Positions 28,497 through 38,331 of a DNA stretch of 59,614 nucleotides are shown here, piece after piece. Positions within the stretch are counted from its first letter, which is position 1. Each line of letters opens with the position of its first letter. The notes beneath the pieces were generated by a model. The model worked only from the letters and a program-made list of their open reading frames with translations. It ran no database searches and was not told where the DNA came from. Both the position numbers and the translations under genes were made by a program. The stretch covers positions 1-59,614 of the forward strand of contig JAOZOY010000008.1 of assembly GCA_029933005.1 (NCBI GenBank), in the 5' to 3' direction. The DNA is from Deltaproteobacteria bacterium. Lineage in GTDB: Bacteria > Desulfobacterota > Desulfobulbia > Desulfobulbales > SURF-16.

Positions 28497-29539
28497 AATA
28501 CGAGGAAAACATTGTCAGCACGGCACCCATGGATGACCGGGAGAAAATTGAGGAAGTGAGTCTGCGCCCCCGTCGTTTGGTTCAATATGTTGGTCAGGGA
28601 CAGCTCAAAAAGAATTTAGAGATTGCTATTCAGGCCGCTAAAGGACGGGGGGAACCCTTGGATCATGTTCTTTTTCACGGTTTTCCCGGCCTGGGAAAGA
28701 CCACTCTGGCCTATATCATTGCCCATGAGATGGAGGCCAATATCAAGGTAACCTCCGGGCCGGTCATTGAACGGGCCGGCGATCTGGCCGCTATCCTGAC
28801 CAGCCTCCAGCAAGGCGATGTCCTGTTTATTGATGAGATTCACCGTTTAAATCACGTGGTTGAGGAGATTCTGTATCCGGCCATGGAGGATTTTCAGCTT
28901 GACCTGATTATTGGCCAGGGGCCGGGCGCCAGATCGGTGAAAATGGATCTACCTCGTTTTACGCTGATCGGCGCCACTACCCGCACCGGTCTTTTGACTC
29001 CTCCTTTAAGGGACCGGTTCGGGGTCATTCTTCGTCTTGATTTTTATAGCCCTGAAGAACTTGTTGTGATCATTAAACGCTCCGCCGACCTTCTTGGAAT
29101 CCCCATTGACGAGAGCGGCGCCCGGGAGATGGGCCACAGATCCAGGGGGACGCCGAGAATTGCCAATCGTCTGCTGAAACGTGTGCGTGATTTTGCCGAA
29201 GTCAAGGCCGACGGTAAAATTACCGGCCAGGTAGCGGATGCGGCTCTCGAGCTGCTGGCGGTTGATCGCCAGGGTCTTGATGAGATGGACAGGCGTATCC
29301 TGCTGACGATCATTGATAAATTTCAGGGCGGCCCATTGGGCCTTGATACCTTGGCCACAGCGGTCTGCGAGGAAAAAAACACATTGGAAGATGTGCATGA
29401 GCCGTTTTTGATCCAGCGTGGATACCTGACCAGAACACCCCGGGGCAGAATGGCGACCCTGGCCGCCTATGAGCATTTTGGGCGTAAGCGGGAAAGTGAA
29501 CTTCGGCCGGAGACGGACAGTCTTTTTGGCAGTGAATAA
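28493..29539 (+). CDS. ruvB: Holliday junction DNA helicase RuvB
   Basis: [39 protein letters not shown]. Confidence 0.97.
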   Translation: MKYEENIVSTAPMDDREKIEEVSLRPRRLVQYVGQGQLKKNLEIAIQAAKGRGEPLDHVLFHGFPGLGKTTLAYIIAHEMEANIKVTSGPVIERAGDLAAILTSLQQGDVLFIDEIHRLNHVVEEILYPAMEDFQLDLIIGQGPGARSVKMDLPRFTLIGATTRTGLLTPPLRDRFGVILRLDFYSPEELVVIIKRSADLLGIPIDESGAREMGHRSRGTPRIANRLLKRVRDFAEVKADGKITGQVADAALELLAVDRQGLDEMDRRILLTIIDKFQGGPLGLDTLATAVCEEKNTLEDVHEPFLIQRGYLTRTPRGRMATLAAYEHFGRKRESELRPETDSLFGSE

Positions 29540-29556
29540 AAATCGGGTTTGACCTC

Positions 29557-30402
29557 ATGAAAAAAAAGCGTACAATTAAAGATATAACTCGGATGAAAGA
29601 GGTTGGTGAAAAGATCACCATGCTGACCGCCTATGACGCAAGTTTTGCCCGGCTTCTGGACAGCGCTGGCGTAGATGTGCTGCTGGTGGGTGATTCTCTG
29701 GGAATGGTTCTTTTGGGCTATGAGTCCACGGTCCCGGTTACCATGGACGAGATGATTCACCACGCAGGCGCTGTAAAGAGAGGCACGGAGAATGCTTTAC
29801 TGGTTGGTGACATGCCTTTTATGTCTTATCAGGTCAGTATAGTGGAAGCCGTGCGTAATGGTGGTCGTTTTTTGAAAGAAGCAGGCTGTGACGCTGTCAA
29901 ACTTGAAGGCGGCATCGAGGTCTCTGAGACCGTGCAGGCCCTTGTCCGGGCAGGAATTTCGGTGATGGGCCATATTGGCCTGACGCCACAGACAGCGGGG
30001 CAACTCGGTGGTTACCGGGTCCAGGGCAAGGACGCGGAGTCGGCCCGCAAGCTTCTTGCCGATGCCAGGGCTTTGGAAAAGGCCGGGGCCTTTGGCGTGG
30101 TTCTCGAGTGTATTCCTGACAGTCTGGCGGGATTGATCACGGAATCCCTGACCATCCCGACTATCGGCATTGGCGCCGGTGTCAATTGCGACGGTCAGGT
30201 TCTTGTCACCCATGATCTTTTGGGAATGTTTGACGTCGTACCCAGTTTTGTCAAAAAATACGCCAACCTGGCCCCACAGATGAAAGAGGCCGTGGCTTTA
30301 TTCATGGAAGAGGTGAGATCAGGGCAATACCCTGATGATGAGCATAGTTTCAGCATGAAGGTTGACGCGCAAACCCTGCTGGCTGAAAAGGATGACACCT
30401 GA
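29557..30402 (+). CDS. panB: 3-methyl-2-oxobutanoate hydroxymethyltransferase
   Basis: MLTAYD, LLVGDSLG, GDMPF, VKLEGG, MGHIGLTPQ. Confidence 0.96.
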   Translation: MKKKRTIKDITRMKEVGEKITMLTAYDASFARLLDSAGVDVLLVGDSLGMVLLGYESTVPVTMDEMIHHAGAVKRGTENALLVGDMPFMSYQVSIVEAVRNGGRFLKEAGCDAVKLEGGIEVSETVQALVRAGISVMGHIGLTPQTAGQLGGYRVQGKDAESARKLLADARALEKAGAFGVVLECIPDSLAGLITESLTIPTIGIGAGVNCDGQVLVTHDLLGMFDVVPSFVKKYANLAPQMKEAVALFMEEVRSGQYPDDEHSFSMKVDAQTLLAEKDDT

Positions 30403-30445
30403 TTTTTGGAAAATGTTTTCCCCGGTAATTTGGTAAGGAAATTTT

Positions 30446-31207
30446 ATGGATCTGGCAACTATAATAGGTATTGTAGGCGGCACTGTCATTCTCTTTGTCG
30501 CCATCCTGCTGGGCGGTTCCATGCTGTTGTTTATTAATATCCCCTCCGTTCTTATTGTCGGCGGCGGAACCTTTGCCACCGCCCTGATCCGTTTCGGCAT
30601 GGGAGATGTCATTAATTCCATCAAAGTGGCAATGAATGTTTTCTTTTACAAGCTGAGCAATCCCCAGCAGGTCATTCAGGAAATTGTCAATCTGGCCAAT
30701 ATTGCCAGGAAGAACGGCCTGATCGTTCTTGAGCAGCAGCCCATTGAAGATCCATTTCTTAAAAAAGCCATTATGTATTGCGTGGATGGCCACGAGGCGG
30801 AATTTATTGAAGAGGTTCTGAAAAAAGAGGTGAGCCTCACCGTAGGACGCCACGATGTCGGCCGTAAGACCTTTGCCGCCATGGGAGATGCTTCTCCCGC
30901 TTTTGGCATGATCGGCACTTTGGTGGGTCTAGTCCAGATGCTGGCCAATATGGATGATCCGGCCTCCATCGGCCCCTCCATGGCTGTCTGTCTGTTGACA
31001 ACGCTGTACGGCGCGGTGCTGGCGAACCTTTTTTTTCTACCAATTGCTGATAAACTTGCCCTGCGCAGCCAGGAGGAGGAGCGCAACAGCAAGCTGATTA
31101 TTGAAGGGGTGCTCGGCATCCTGAAGGGTTTGAATCCCAGGGTTATGGAAGAGTTTCTGCAAACCTTTCTACCGCCCATGGATAGGGGTTCCTCGGAAGA
31201 AAAATAA
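30446..31207 (+). CDS. motA: Flagellar stator subunit MotA/PomA
   Basis: MDLATIIG, LIVGGG, PAFGMIGTLVGLVQML, LLTTLYG; PomA-like. Confidence 0.9.
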   Translation: MDLATIIGIVGGTVILFVAILLGGSMLLFINIPSVLIVGGGTFATALIRFGMGDVINSIKVAMNVFFYKLSNPQQVIQEIVNLANIARKNGLIVLEQQPIEDPFLKKAIMYCVDGHEAEFIEEVLKKEVSLTVGRHDVGRKTFAAMGDASPAFGMIGTLVGLVQMLANMDDPASIGPSMAVCLLTTLYGAVLANLFFLPIADKLALRSQEEERNSKLIIEGVLGILKGLNPRVMEEFLQTFLPPMDRGSSEEK

Positions 31208-31236
31208 AGAAGAAGCTGGGAGTTGTTTATTAGGAA

Positions 31237-31278
31237 AATCTCTCACAGAGTTTTTTCTCTGTGTCTCTGTGAGAGATT
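31237..31278. repeat. CACAGAG/CTCTGTG hairpin repeat
   Basis: aatctctcacagag...ctctgtgagagatt. Confidence 0.8.
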
Positions 31279-31290
31279 AATTTTTATTTT

Positions 31291-31705
31291 TGTGATTACC
31301 ACTAATTTTCAGCCTCATATGTAATAGCTACTGAAAAATGTGGGGGCTAGGTCTGCCCTTTACCCACAAGTTTAAGTACACAAGGAAACATTAATGCCTG
31401 TTTATACGTTATTTTGCATAAATTGGTCCTTTTGGCACGTCATCCCCGAATGTAGTTATAGGAGATGATGATAGCGGCGATGACTCCTGTATTATGACTT
31501 ATGGGTAAAGGGCAGAGTTAGGTTCGAAGAGTTTGACACGTAGGAGCACCCCAAGGGCATTCGAAGTCTACGCTTATCTCCTGCGGGGCACTTATTCCTG
31601 TGAGCGATAAGGGGCTCTGAACAAAAGATTTACTCTTTATCGTCCGGAGGGCCGGGCTCCTGCAGCACTGTGCCTGATTATGGCTGAAGTTCATTGGTAA
31701 TCACA
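31291..31705. mobile_element. Outer MITE-like element hosting nested insertions
   Basis: TIRs tgtgattaccactaattttcagcc / ggctgaagttcattggtaatcaca (4 mismatches); flanks tttatttt / attatttt. Confidence 0.55.
31351..31517. mobile_element. Inner MITE inserted at a CTAG site
   Basis: 20-bp TIR tctgccctttacccacaagt / acttatgggtaaagggcaga (19/20); flanks ctag / ttag; partial second copy at 21847. Confidence 0.75.
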
Positions 31706-31770
31706 ATTATTTTTGTTGTGCCGGTTCGCCAGGATGGCCGTTGCCCGAAAGGTTACAGACGAGATAAATT

Positions 31771-32511
31771 ATGGCTGATGAAGAATGCAAAAAGGAGGAA
31801 TGTCCGCCGGGAGCGCCCCCGTGGATGTGCACCTTTGCCGATCTGATGTCCCTGTTGATGTGTTTTTTCATCCTGCTTCTTTCCTTTTCAGTCATGGATG
31901 CCAGAAAATACAAGCAGGTGGCAGGTTCCATGAAGGACGCCTTTGGTGTCCAGAGAGGAAAACATGCCACTCTAAGCGTCACGGGCAGTTCCATGATTTC
32001 CAAGGAGATGCCGGAGGTGCCTTTGAATGTTCAGCTCAGGATCGCGGAATCTCTGCGTGAGGAAATCGACGAGGGAACAGTCGAGGCGGATTATGATCCT
32101 GACGGTCTGACATTGAGAGTGAAGGATTCACTGGCCTTTGATTCAGGTCAGGCCGTCATTAAGCCCCGGTTTACCTTGATCTTGGATAAACTCGGTAAGA
32201 CTGTCGTTAATAAAGACGTCATGGTGATCGTGAGCGGCCATACGGACAATGTGCCCCTCAGAAAGAGCCAGACCAGATATTCATCAAACTGGAGCCTGTC
32301 GACCGCCAGATCCGTGGCCGTGGTGGAATACTGGATCAAACGGTTTAAAATTCCGACCGAGCGATTATCGGCTATGGGGTATGCCGGCGGACAGCCCTTG
32401 GTTTCTAATGATACGGCTGAAGGCAGAGCGCGAAACAGGCGTGTTGAGTTCAAGATTAAACCGACCCGGCCGAACATGGTTTTTGACGGCATTGAGTTTG
32501 AGAAGAAGTAA
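31771..32511 (+). CDS. motB: Flagellar stator subunit MotB/PomB
   Basis: PPGAPPWMCTFADLMSLLMCFF TM with conserved Asp; OmpA-like domain GHTD, NWSLSTARS, RARNRRVE. Confidence 0.92.
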   Translation: MADEECKKEECPPGAPPWMCTFADLMSLLMCFFILLLSFSVMDARKYKQVAGSMKDAFGVQRGKHATLSVTGSSMISKEMPEVPLNVQLRIAESLREEIDEGTVEADYDPDGLTLRVKDSLAFDSGQAVIKPRFTLILDKLGKTVVNKDVMVIVSGHTDNVPLRKSQTRYSSNWSLSTARSVAVVEYWIKRFKIPTERLSAMGYAGGQPLVSNDTAEGRARNRRVEFKIKPTRPNMVFDGIEFEKK

Positions 32512-32673
32512 ATCTTATGACCTACTGTCATGAGGAAGTATGAAATGTTATAGAGGATTTTTGCTGTGTCTCTGCGAGTTTTGTGAAAAATTTGTAACAA
32601 TTCACCCCGGTTGCCTTGCTGAACAGTTGCAAATTTTTCATATAACCAGGCAGAAGAAGATAAAGAGGGCATC

Positions 32674-33291
32674 ATGGACAGTAAGCATTTCCGAAAAGAT
32701 CGAAGGAAGGCGGTTCGAGTCACGGGCCGTAACCTGTTTTGCTTTCAACCGGTTCCCGGGGAGAAATATCAGGCTGTTGCCGAGGATTTCAGTCATGGCA
32801 TTCCTCCGTACAACCAGGAGGGGCTTGTCGAGTTGCAGATGTTTATCAGCGCCCAGAGTGCCCTGTCACGCCTGCGTGAACGGGACAGGGATCTGGCTGA
32901 GTTTCTCCAGCATCTGGATGCCAAGGTCAATCAGATTTTGCGAAAAATGAATAACGACAAAACACCATTTGATGATTTGTCATATTATGATTTGAATTTA
33001 GGTGGAAATGGCATCGGTTTTGTCACGGATGAAAGGATTGAACCTGGCACGATTCTGGAACTTCATATCGTTTTGCTGCCTGGTTATTCCTATGTTTATT
33101 GTTTTAGCAGGGTGCTTGAATGTAAAGAGCTTGCGGATTCCGACGGCGGGGGAAAATTCCGTATCGCCTCTGAATTTATTCTGATTATGGAAGAAGATCA
33201 GGAAAAATTGATTCAGCATAATTTTAAGCAGCAGAGTCTTGCCCTGCGCAACCGGCGGCTTCAGGGGGCATCTTCCAATGAGGGAAATTAA
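32674..33291 (+). CDS. PilZ-type domain protein
   Basis: DRRKAVRV, NLGGNGIGF and beta-rich C-terminus; follows the stator genes. Confidence 0.7.
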   Translation: MDSKHFRKDRRKAVRVTGRNLFCFQPVPGEKYQAVAEDFSHGIPPYNQEGLVELQMFISAQSALSRLRERDRDLAEFLQHLDAKVNQILRKMNNDKTPFDDLSYYDLNLGGNGIGFVTDERIEPGTILELHIVLLPGYSYVYCFSRVLECKELADSDGGGKFRIASEFILIMEEDQEKLIQHNFKQQSLALRNRRLQGASSNEGN

Positions 33292-34114
33292 AAGCGCTTC
33301 CATCATCGAGGCTGTCAGACAAATGGCCATGGAGGCGGCTTGGGATCTGGAGCCGGATATCCTGGAAGGCCTGTTAAAAGCCCGGGATCGCGAATCATCG
33401 GCTTTGGCCGGCGATGTTCTTGAGTTGCTGCTGATTAATGCCGATATCGCCAGCCGGGAAAAGATCCCCGTGTGTCAGGATACCGGTGTTTCTGTAGTTT
33501 TTGTCACCTTGGGACAGGATGTCCGGATTGTCGGCGATCTTATGGCCGCAATTCAGGAGGGGGTGCGCCTTGGCTATGATGAAGGTTTTTTGCGTAAATC
33601 CGTTTGCGACCCCATAACAAGAGTCAACACCGGCACCAATACTCCGGCCGTGATTCATGTCGAGCTTGTGGAGGGTGACCGGTTTCATATCTCAATCCTG
33701 CCCAAAGGGTGCGGCAGCGAGAATATGAGCGGTCTGACCATGCTGCCGCCCTCGGCCGGCCTGGATGGGGTGAAAGATTATGTTGTGGATCTGGTGATCC
33801 AGGCCGGGCCGAATCCCTGTCCGCCGGTGATTGTCGGTGTCGGCATGGGCGGCACTTTTGAAAAGGCGGCGCTTCTTGCCAAGAAATCATTGCTCAGACC
33901 CTTGGGACAGCTGAATCCCCGACAGGACGTGGCCCGATTGGAACAGGAGATTCTGGAGAGAATCAATGGCGCCGGTCGGGGAGTTCATGGGCTTGGCGGC
34001 AATAACACTTCCCTTGGCGTCCATATTGAACTTTTTCCCGCCCACATTGCCAGTCTGCCGGTGGCGGTCAATATTCAGTGTCATGCCCACCGGTATAAGG
34101 AGATTAATCTCTGA
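33278..34114 (+). CDS. Class I fumarate hydratase/tartrate dehydratase alpha subunit
   Basis: PVCQDTG, KGCGSEN, NPCPP, QCHAHR; start MREIKS at 33278. Confidence 0.92.
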   Translation: MREIKSASIIEAVRQMAMEAAWDLEPDILEGLLKARDRESSALAGDVLELLLINADIASREKIPVCQDTGVSVVFVTLGQDVRIVGDLMAAIQEGVRLGYDEGFLRKSVCDPITRVNTGTNTPAVIHVELVEGDRFHISILPKGCGSENMSGLTMLPPSAGLDGVKDYVVDLVIQAGPNPCPPVIVGVGMGGTFEKAALLAKKSLLRPLGQLNPRQDVARLEQEILERINGAGRGVHGLGGNNTSLGVHIELFPAHIASLPVAVNIQCHAHRYKEINL

Positions 34115-34698
34115 TGTCCATGCTACGTTCGCGACCGGATTTTTTTGATCGGTTAAAGAAGGTGACCCTTCCCTTCGATGACGGGATACTTGAGACCCTC
34201 AGGGCCGGTGATCTGATCAGTTTGAGTGGAACTCTTTTCACCGGCCGGGACCAGACCCATCGGCTCCTTTTTGAGCTGCTGGATCAGGGAAAGGAACTGC
34301 CGGTTGATTTCAAGGGCCAGCTTCTCTACTATGTGGGACCCAGTCCGGCCCGGCCCGGTCGGGTGATCGGCGCTGCCGGTCCTACGACAAGTTACCGGAT
34401 GGATGTTTATACTCCTCGACTGCTTGATCTTGGCTTAAAGGCCACCATGGGGAAGGGGGCTCGATCCTCCGAGGTCCGGGAGTCAATGAAGAAGAATTTC
34501 GCTATCTATCTGGCGACCTTTGGCGGCGCCGGCGCTTTTCTGTCGAAATGCATAGTTGAGGCTGAACTGATTGCCTTTCCCGATGCGGGTCCGGAGGCCC
34601 TTTTTCGTTTCACGGTTAAAAATTTTCCAGCCGTGGTGATTAACGATGTCACGGGCCGGGATTATTATCAGGAGATCGCTTCCGCCTCCTCCCTTTAA
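34114..34698 (+). CDS. Class I fumarate hydratase/tartrate dehydratase beta subunit
   Basis: LRAGD, TGRDQTH, GPTTSYRM, GKG. Confidence 0.92.
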   Translation: MSMLRSRPDFFDRLKKVTLPFDDGILETLRAGDLISLSGTLFTGRDQTHRLLFELLDQGKELPVDFKGQLLYYVGPSPARPGRVIGAAGPTTSYRMDVYTPRLLDLGLKATMGKGARSSEVRESMKKNFAIYLATFGGAGAFLSKCIVEAELIAFPDAGPEALFRFTVKNFPAVVINDVTGRDYYQEIASASSL

Positions 34699-34713
34699 TC
34701 CGCTTTCCATACT

Positions 34714-36069
34714 ATGGTTAATAACCGCATTGTCCTGGCCCTCCTTGTCTGCCTGGCTATTATGGTCATCGGCGCGACCGGTTACGTCCTTTTGGAGGAT
34801 TACTCTGTCGTTGACGCGGTTTACATGGCCGTGATTACCATCACAACCGTAGGCTTTAGCGAGATTCGTCCCCTTTCCCATGTAGGCCGGATTTTTACCA
34901 TTGTTTTGATCCTGGTTGGTTTTAGCAGTTTGGCTTATGCCGGTCATGCTGCCGCGGAATTATTACTGGAAAAGGTGTGGAGCGGAAAATCAGAGAATAC
35001 AAAAATGCAAAAAAAGATCAGCAGACTGATAAAACATTGCATTATCTGCGGTTTTGGCCGGGTCGGTCAGGCAACGGCAGCCCGTTTTAAAGACTTGGAT
35101 TGTCCCTTCGTCATTATAGAAAAATCTCCTGAAATCTGTCAGCGGATCAAAGAGGCCGGGTATCTTTTTGTCGAAGGAGATGCCACTCGGGCAGAGACGC
35201 TTCTTGCCGCCGGCATTAAAAAAGCAAACGGTCTACTGGCCATGCTCGATTCTGACCCCCTTAACCTCTTTGCCGTACTCACCTCCCGGGAATTGAACCC
35301 GATTCTTCGTATTATTTCCCGTTGCGCCGACAGCGATTCCGAACAGAAAATTCTGCGGGCAGGCGCTGACAGTGTCATCTCACCGTATGCCACTACCGGT
35401 AAATATGTTGCCGAGGATATTCTCTCCGCAACCGGACAGACCAAGGCCCTGGACAGCGGGGTGAACTATTGCGCCCTGCCTCAATGGATTGTTATCCAGG
35501 AAGGCTCCAGCATGCAAGGTAAAACAATCGCCCTGGTCAGCGGTGAGATGGGCCGGGAGATTATCGGTCTGCGGCGTCGGGAGCGAGATTTTATTCACCC
35601 CGATCCGACCGAAGTGCTGGCAGTCGAAGATATGATTCTGGTGCTCGATATAGGCCAGGAAGACGCTCTGCCCCAAAAACAGGCCAGGTCCAGGAAAATT
35701 GTCATTATCGACGATAATCCGGTTATTGTCCGCCTCTATGCCCGTCTCTTCCAGAAGGCGGGTTTTATTCCCCTGACGGCTGGTGATGGCCGGGAAGGAT
35801 TGGATCTGCTGATGGAGGAAAAGCCGGAAGCGGCAGTTATCGATTTTAATCTGCCGGTTTTTTCGGGCATCGAGGTCTGTCGACGCGTACGGGATCAGCT
35901 TGGAGATTACCCAATGAAGTTGATTCTTTTTACCGCCGATGAGGAGGCGGAAACAAGAAAACAGGCACTGGCTGTCGGCGCTGATGAGGTTATCATCAAG
36001 AGCGCCGAGGCCTCGGAGGTGGTTGACGCCGTGGTTCGCCTGTTACAGCCGAAGTCTGAGACCGTCTAG
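34714..36069 (+). CDS. 2TM potassium-channel family protein with RCK (TrkA-N/TrkA-C) and C-terminal receiver domain
   Basis: YMAVITITTVGFSE pore, CGFGRVG, GDAT, AGADSVISPY; then IVIIDD, VIDFNLP, LFTA, IIKS. Confidence 0.85.
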   Translation: MVNNRIVLALLVCLAIMVIGATGYVLLEDYSVVDAVYMAVITITTVGFSEIRPLSHVGRIFTIVLILVGFSSLAYAGHAAAELLLEKVWSGKSENTKMQKKISRLIKHCIICGFGRVGQATAARFKDLDCPFVIIEKSPEICQRIKEAGYLFVEGDATRAETLLAAGIKKANGLLAMLDSDPLNLFAVLTSRELNPILRIISRCADSDSEQKILRAGADSVISPYATTGKYVAEDILSATGQTKALDSGVNYCALPQWIVIQEGSSMQGKTIALVSGEMGREIIGLRRRERDFIHPDPTEVLAVEDMILVLDIGQEDALPQKQARSRKIVIIDDNPVIVRLYARLFQKAGFIPLTAGDGREGLDLLMEEKPEAAVIDFNLPVFSGIEVCRRVRDQLGDYPMKLILFTADEEAETRKQALAVGADEVIIKSAEASEVVDAVVRLLQPKSETV

Positions 36070-36324
36070 TAATACCTGTTCATTGTGCCGGGATCAGCCC
36101 AGAAGTACCTGACTATAAGGAGCGCAGATTTGTTTTCTGTTGCTCCTTTTGTATTTCAAAATCCGTGAAATTTGTTTAAGCAACCGGCAAAATCATTTCT
36201 GTTTGTTTTCCAGCTGATTTTTTTATCGAATTCAGGTAGGTTATTCTGCTGTTGATGTATTGCTGACAGGCAAGTTGCCGTAACTTGTAAATTTATACAA
36301 AAAAATATTCAGAAGAGGAGAGTC

Positions 36325-37620
36325 ATGGCTGCTCAAGATATTAAAAAAATGTATACAACGATTTTAGGTGATCATTTCCCTATGGAAATGAAGATATCAT
36401 TTGATGATCAAACCCTGATTTATCGAAAACGGACTTGGAAGATCACTCTGGAGGACGGCTCGGTTGAGGAACGCGGGGTACGTTACGGCGAAAATCCTGA
36501 TCAGGAGGCGGCGCTTTATGAGTTAGTCAACGGCAATCTCGTTCTTGGAGAGTGCAGCTTTATTGAGCCGGGCAATGGTCTGGTGAGCGCAATTTCCGAG
36601 GAAGACATGCTGCAGGTGGGTAAGCATCCGGGCAAGATTAATTTGACGGATGTTGATAATGGCTTGAATATCCTGAAGTATCTGACCGACCGGCCAGCGG
36701 CGGTCATTTTGAAACATAATAATCCCTGCGGCGTCTCCCTTGGCGCGTCTTTGGCCGAAGCCTATAACCGGGCCAACCGGGTTGACCGTATTGCCGCCTT
36801 TGGCGGGGCCGTGATTATGAGCCGGGCCGTTGACCGGGAAACTGCCGAGCTTCTCAGTCAGAATTACCTTGAAGTGGTCTGCGCCCCGGATTTTGAAGAG
36901 GGGACTCTGGAAATACTCAAAGCACGCAAGAATCTGCGGGTCATCAAGATGGCCCGTATCGACCGACTGGCTGATTTTGAAAACTACCGTTATGTGGATT
37001 TTAAGAGTTTGATCGATGGCGGCATCATTGCCCAGCGTTCGGCGGTTAATTCCATTCGCACACCGGCTGATTTACAGGATGCGGTCACGGTGCGCAAGGG
37101 TAAGGAGTACCGCTGTGAGCGCCAGCCCACCGAGCGTGAGATTGACGATATGCTCTTTGGCTGGGCCGTGGAGCATGGCGTCACCTCCAATTCGGTGATC
37201 TATGTCAAGGACGGCTGTACCGTGGGCATTGGCACCGGTGAGCAGGACCGGGTCGGAGTGGCCGAGATCGCTGTTCATAAGGCCTATATAAAATATGCGG
37301 ATATTCTCTGTTTTGACAAGTTCGGCCTCCCTTATGCAGATATGGCCATGGAGGTCGAGCAGGGCAAGAGGGATAAGGCTGATAAGGATGGAATTGACGC
37401 CAAAACAAAAGAAGATCGGGCCGGCCTGCCCGGTTCAGTGATGATCTCCGATGCTTTTTTCCCCTATCGGGACGGCGCGGACGTGGGCATTGTGGAGGGA
37501 GTTAGCGCCATTCTTCAGGCCGGCGGCTCAATGCGAGACAATGAAACCATTGAAGCCTGCAATGAGGCCGATCCCCAGGTGGCTATGAAGTTTACCGGCC
37601 AGAGGTCGTTTAAGCATTGA
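36325..37620 (+). CDS. purH: PurH-family AICAR formyltransferase domain protein (lacks N-terminal IMP cyclohydrolase domain)
   Basis: RYGENPDQ near residue 53, KHNNPCG, AAFGG, SNSV, SDAFFPYRDG, FTGQRSFKH. Confidence 0.8.
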   Translation: MAAQDIKKMYTTILGDHFPMEMKISFDDQTLIYRKRTWKITLEDGSVEERGVRYGENPDQEAALYELVNGNLVLGECSFIEPGNGLVSAISEEDMLQVGKHPGKINLTDVDNGLNILKYLTDRPAAVILKHNNPCGVSLGASLAEAYNRANRVDRIAAFGGAVIMSRAVDRETAELLSQNYLEVVCAPDFEEGTLEILKARKNLRVIKMARIDRLADFENYRYVDFKSLIDGGIIAQRSAVNSIRTPADLQDAVTVRKGKEYRCERQPTEREIDDMLFGWAVEHGVTSNSVIYVKDGCTVGIGTGEQDRVGVAEIAVHKAYIKYADILCFDKFGLPYADMAMEVEQGKRDKADKDGIDAKTKEDRAGLPGSVMISDAFFPYRDGADVGIVEGVSAILQAGGSMRDNETIEACNEADPQVAMKFTGQRSFKH

Positions 37621-37645
37621 TTAACATAAAAAGGACTAATGAACA

Positions 37646-37710
37646 GAGGTGCTGGTGAACGATTACAGATCGTGTTTTTCGTAATCTTGTAGACCCCTGT
37701 GAACGGTTAC
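37646..37710. mobile_element. Truncated GTAA-end element, subfamily B
   Basis: gaggtgctggtgaacgattac...gtgaacggttac; motif ends 44 bp apart (37666, 37710); aligns with 46817-46881. Confidence 0.7.
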
Positions 37711-37794
37711 GAGATAAAGGGTAAAATTTCTCTTTCCGTTTGTACTTTCCTATAGCGCCTTCAGTCCAAGTGACTGGAATTGTTTTTGTGTGAG

Positions 37795-37831
37795 AAAGCC
37801 CGGCATGAAAAAATCATGTCGGGCTTTTTTT
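37795..37831. terminator. Rho-independent terminator between convergent genes
   Basis: aaagcccggcatga-aaaaa-tcatgtcgggcttttttt. Confidence 0.8.
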
Positions 37832-37912
37832 GTAAAAAAAAGCTGGAAGTAGAGGGTTTTGGATTACCTTTATTTCCTGGCGGATGGTTGGCATGGGAGA
37901 GCTTCCCTTTTC

Positions 37913-38278
37913 CTACCTCCTGATTTTCGCTTCGGTTTTTGCCGGATCCTTTTTCAGATGTTTGTACCTGTTTATTGCTGTGTCAGCCAGACGGGAAAGA
38001 ATGTGGTGCAAGTCCGAATTGTCCCATGTTGAGGAGAATTCCGTTGATGCTTGAAGCTGCTCAGCCAATGTAAAAGAGGACTCCCCTTCCGGCGTGAGGG
38101 TGATATCGCCATAATCAAAATCGGTTTTCTTCGGGAAGATTTTTCGGAAGAGCTCAATGGATGTATAAACGAAAAATTTTTTTACATCCTCGGTGGATTC
38201 AGCCGTGCTGATTTTATGTCGGTAATCGGGAAGAAGATTGTTTTCGAATTTGGTAAAGGAAAGTTGCGTGCTCATCAT
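37913..38278 (-). CDS. Hypothetical protein
   Basis: 121-aa ORF co-oriented with the upstream GGDEF-EAL gene; no recognised motif. Confidence 0.65.
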   Translation of the reverse strand: MMSTQLSFTKFENNLLPDYRHKISTAESTEDVKKFFVYTSIELFRKIFPKKTDFDYGDITLTPEGESSFTLAEQLQASTEFSSTWDNSDLHHILSRLADTAINRYKHLKKDPAKTEAKIRR

Positions 38279-38331
38279 ATCACCCTGGTTGATATTTAGG
38301 AACCCGACAAAAAATTACTGCGTAATATGGT

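Noticed and set aside
36070-36324. ZTP riboswitch upstream of the purH-like gene
   Set aside because: Could not find the conserved ZTP aptamer motifs by eye; an Rfam scan would be decisive.
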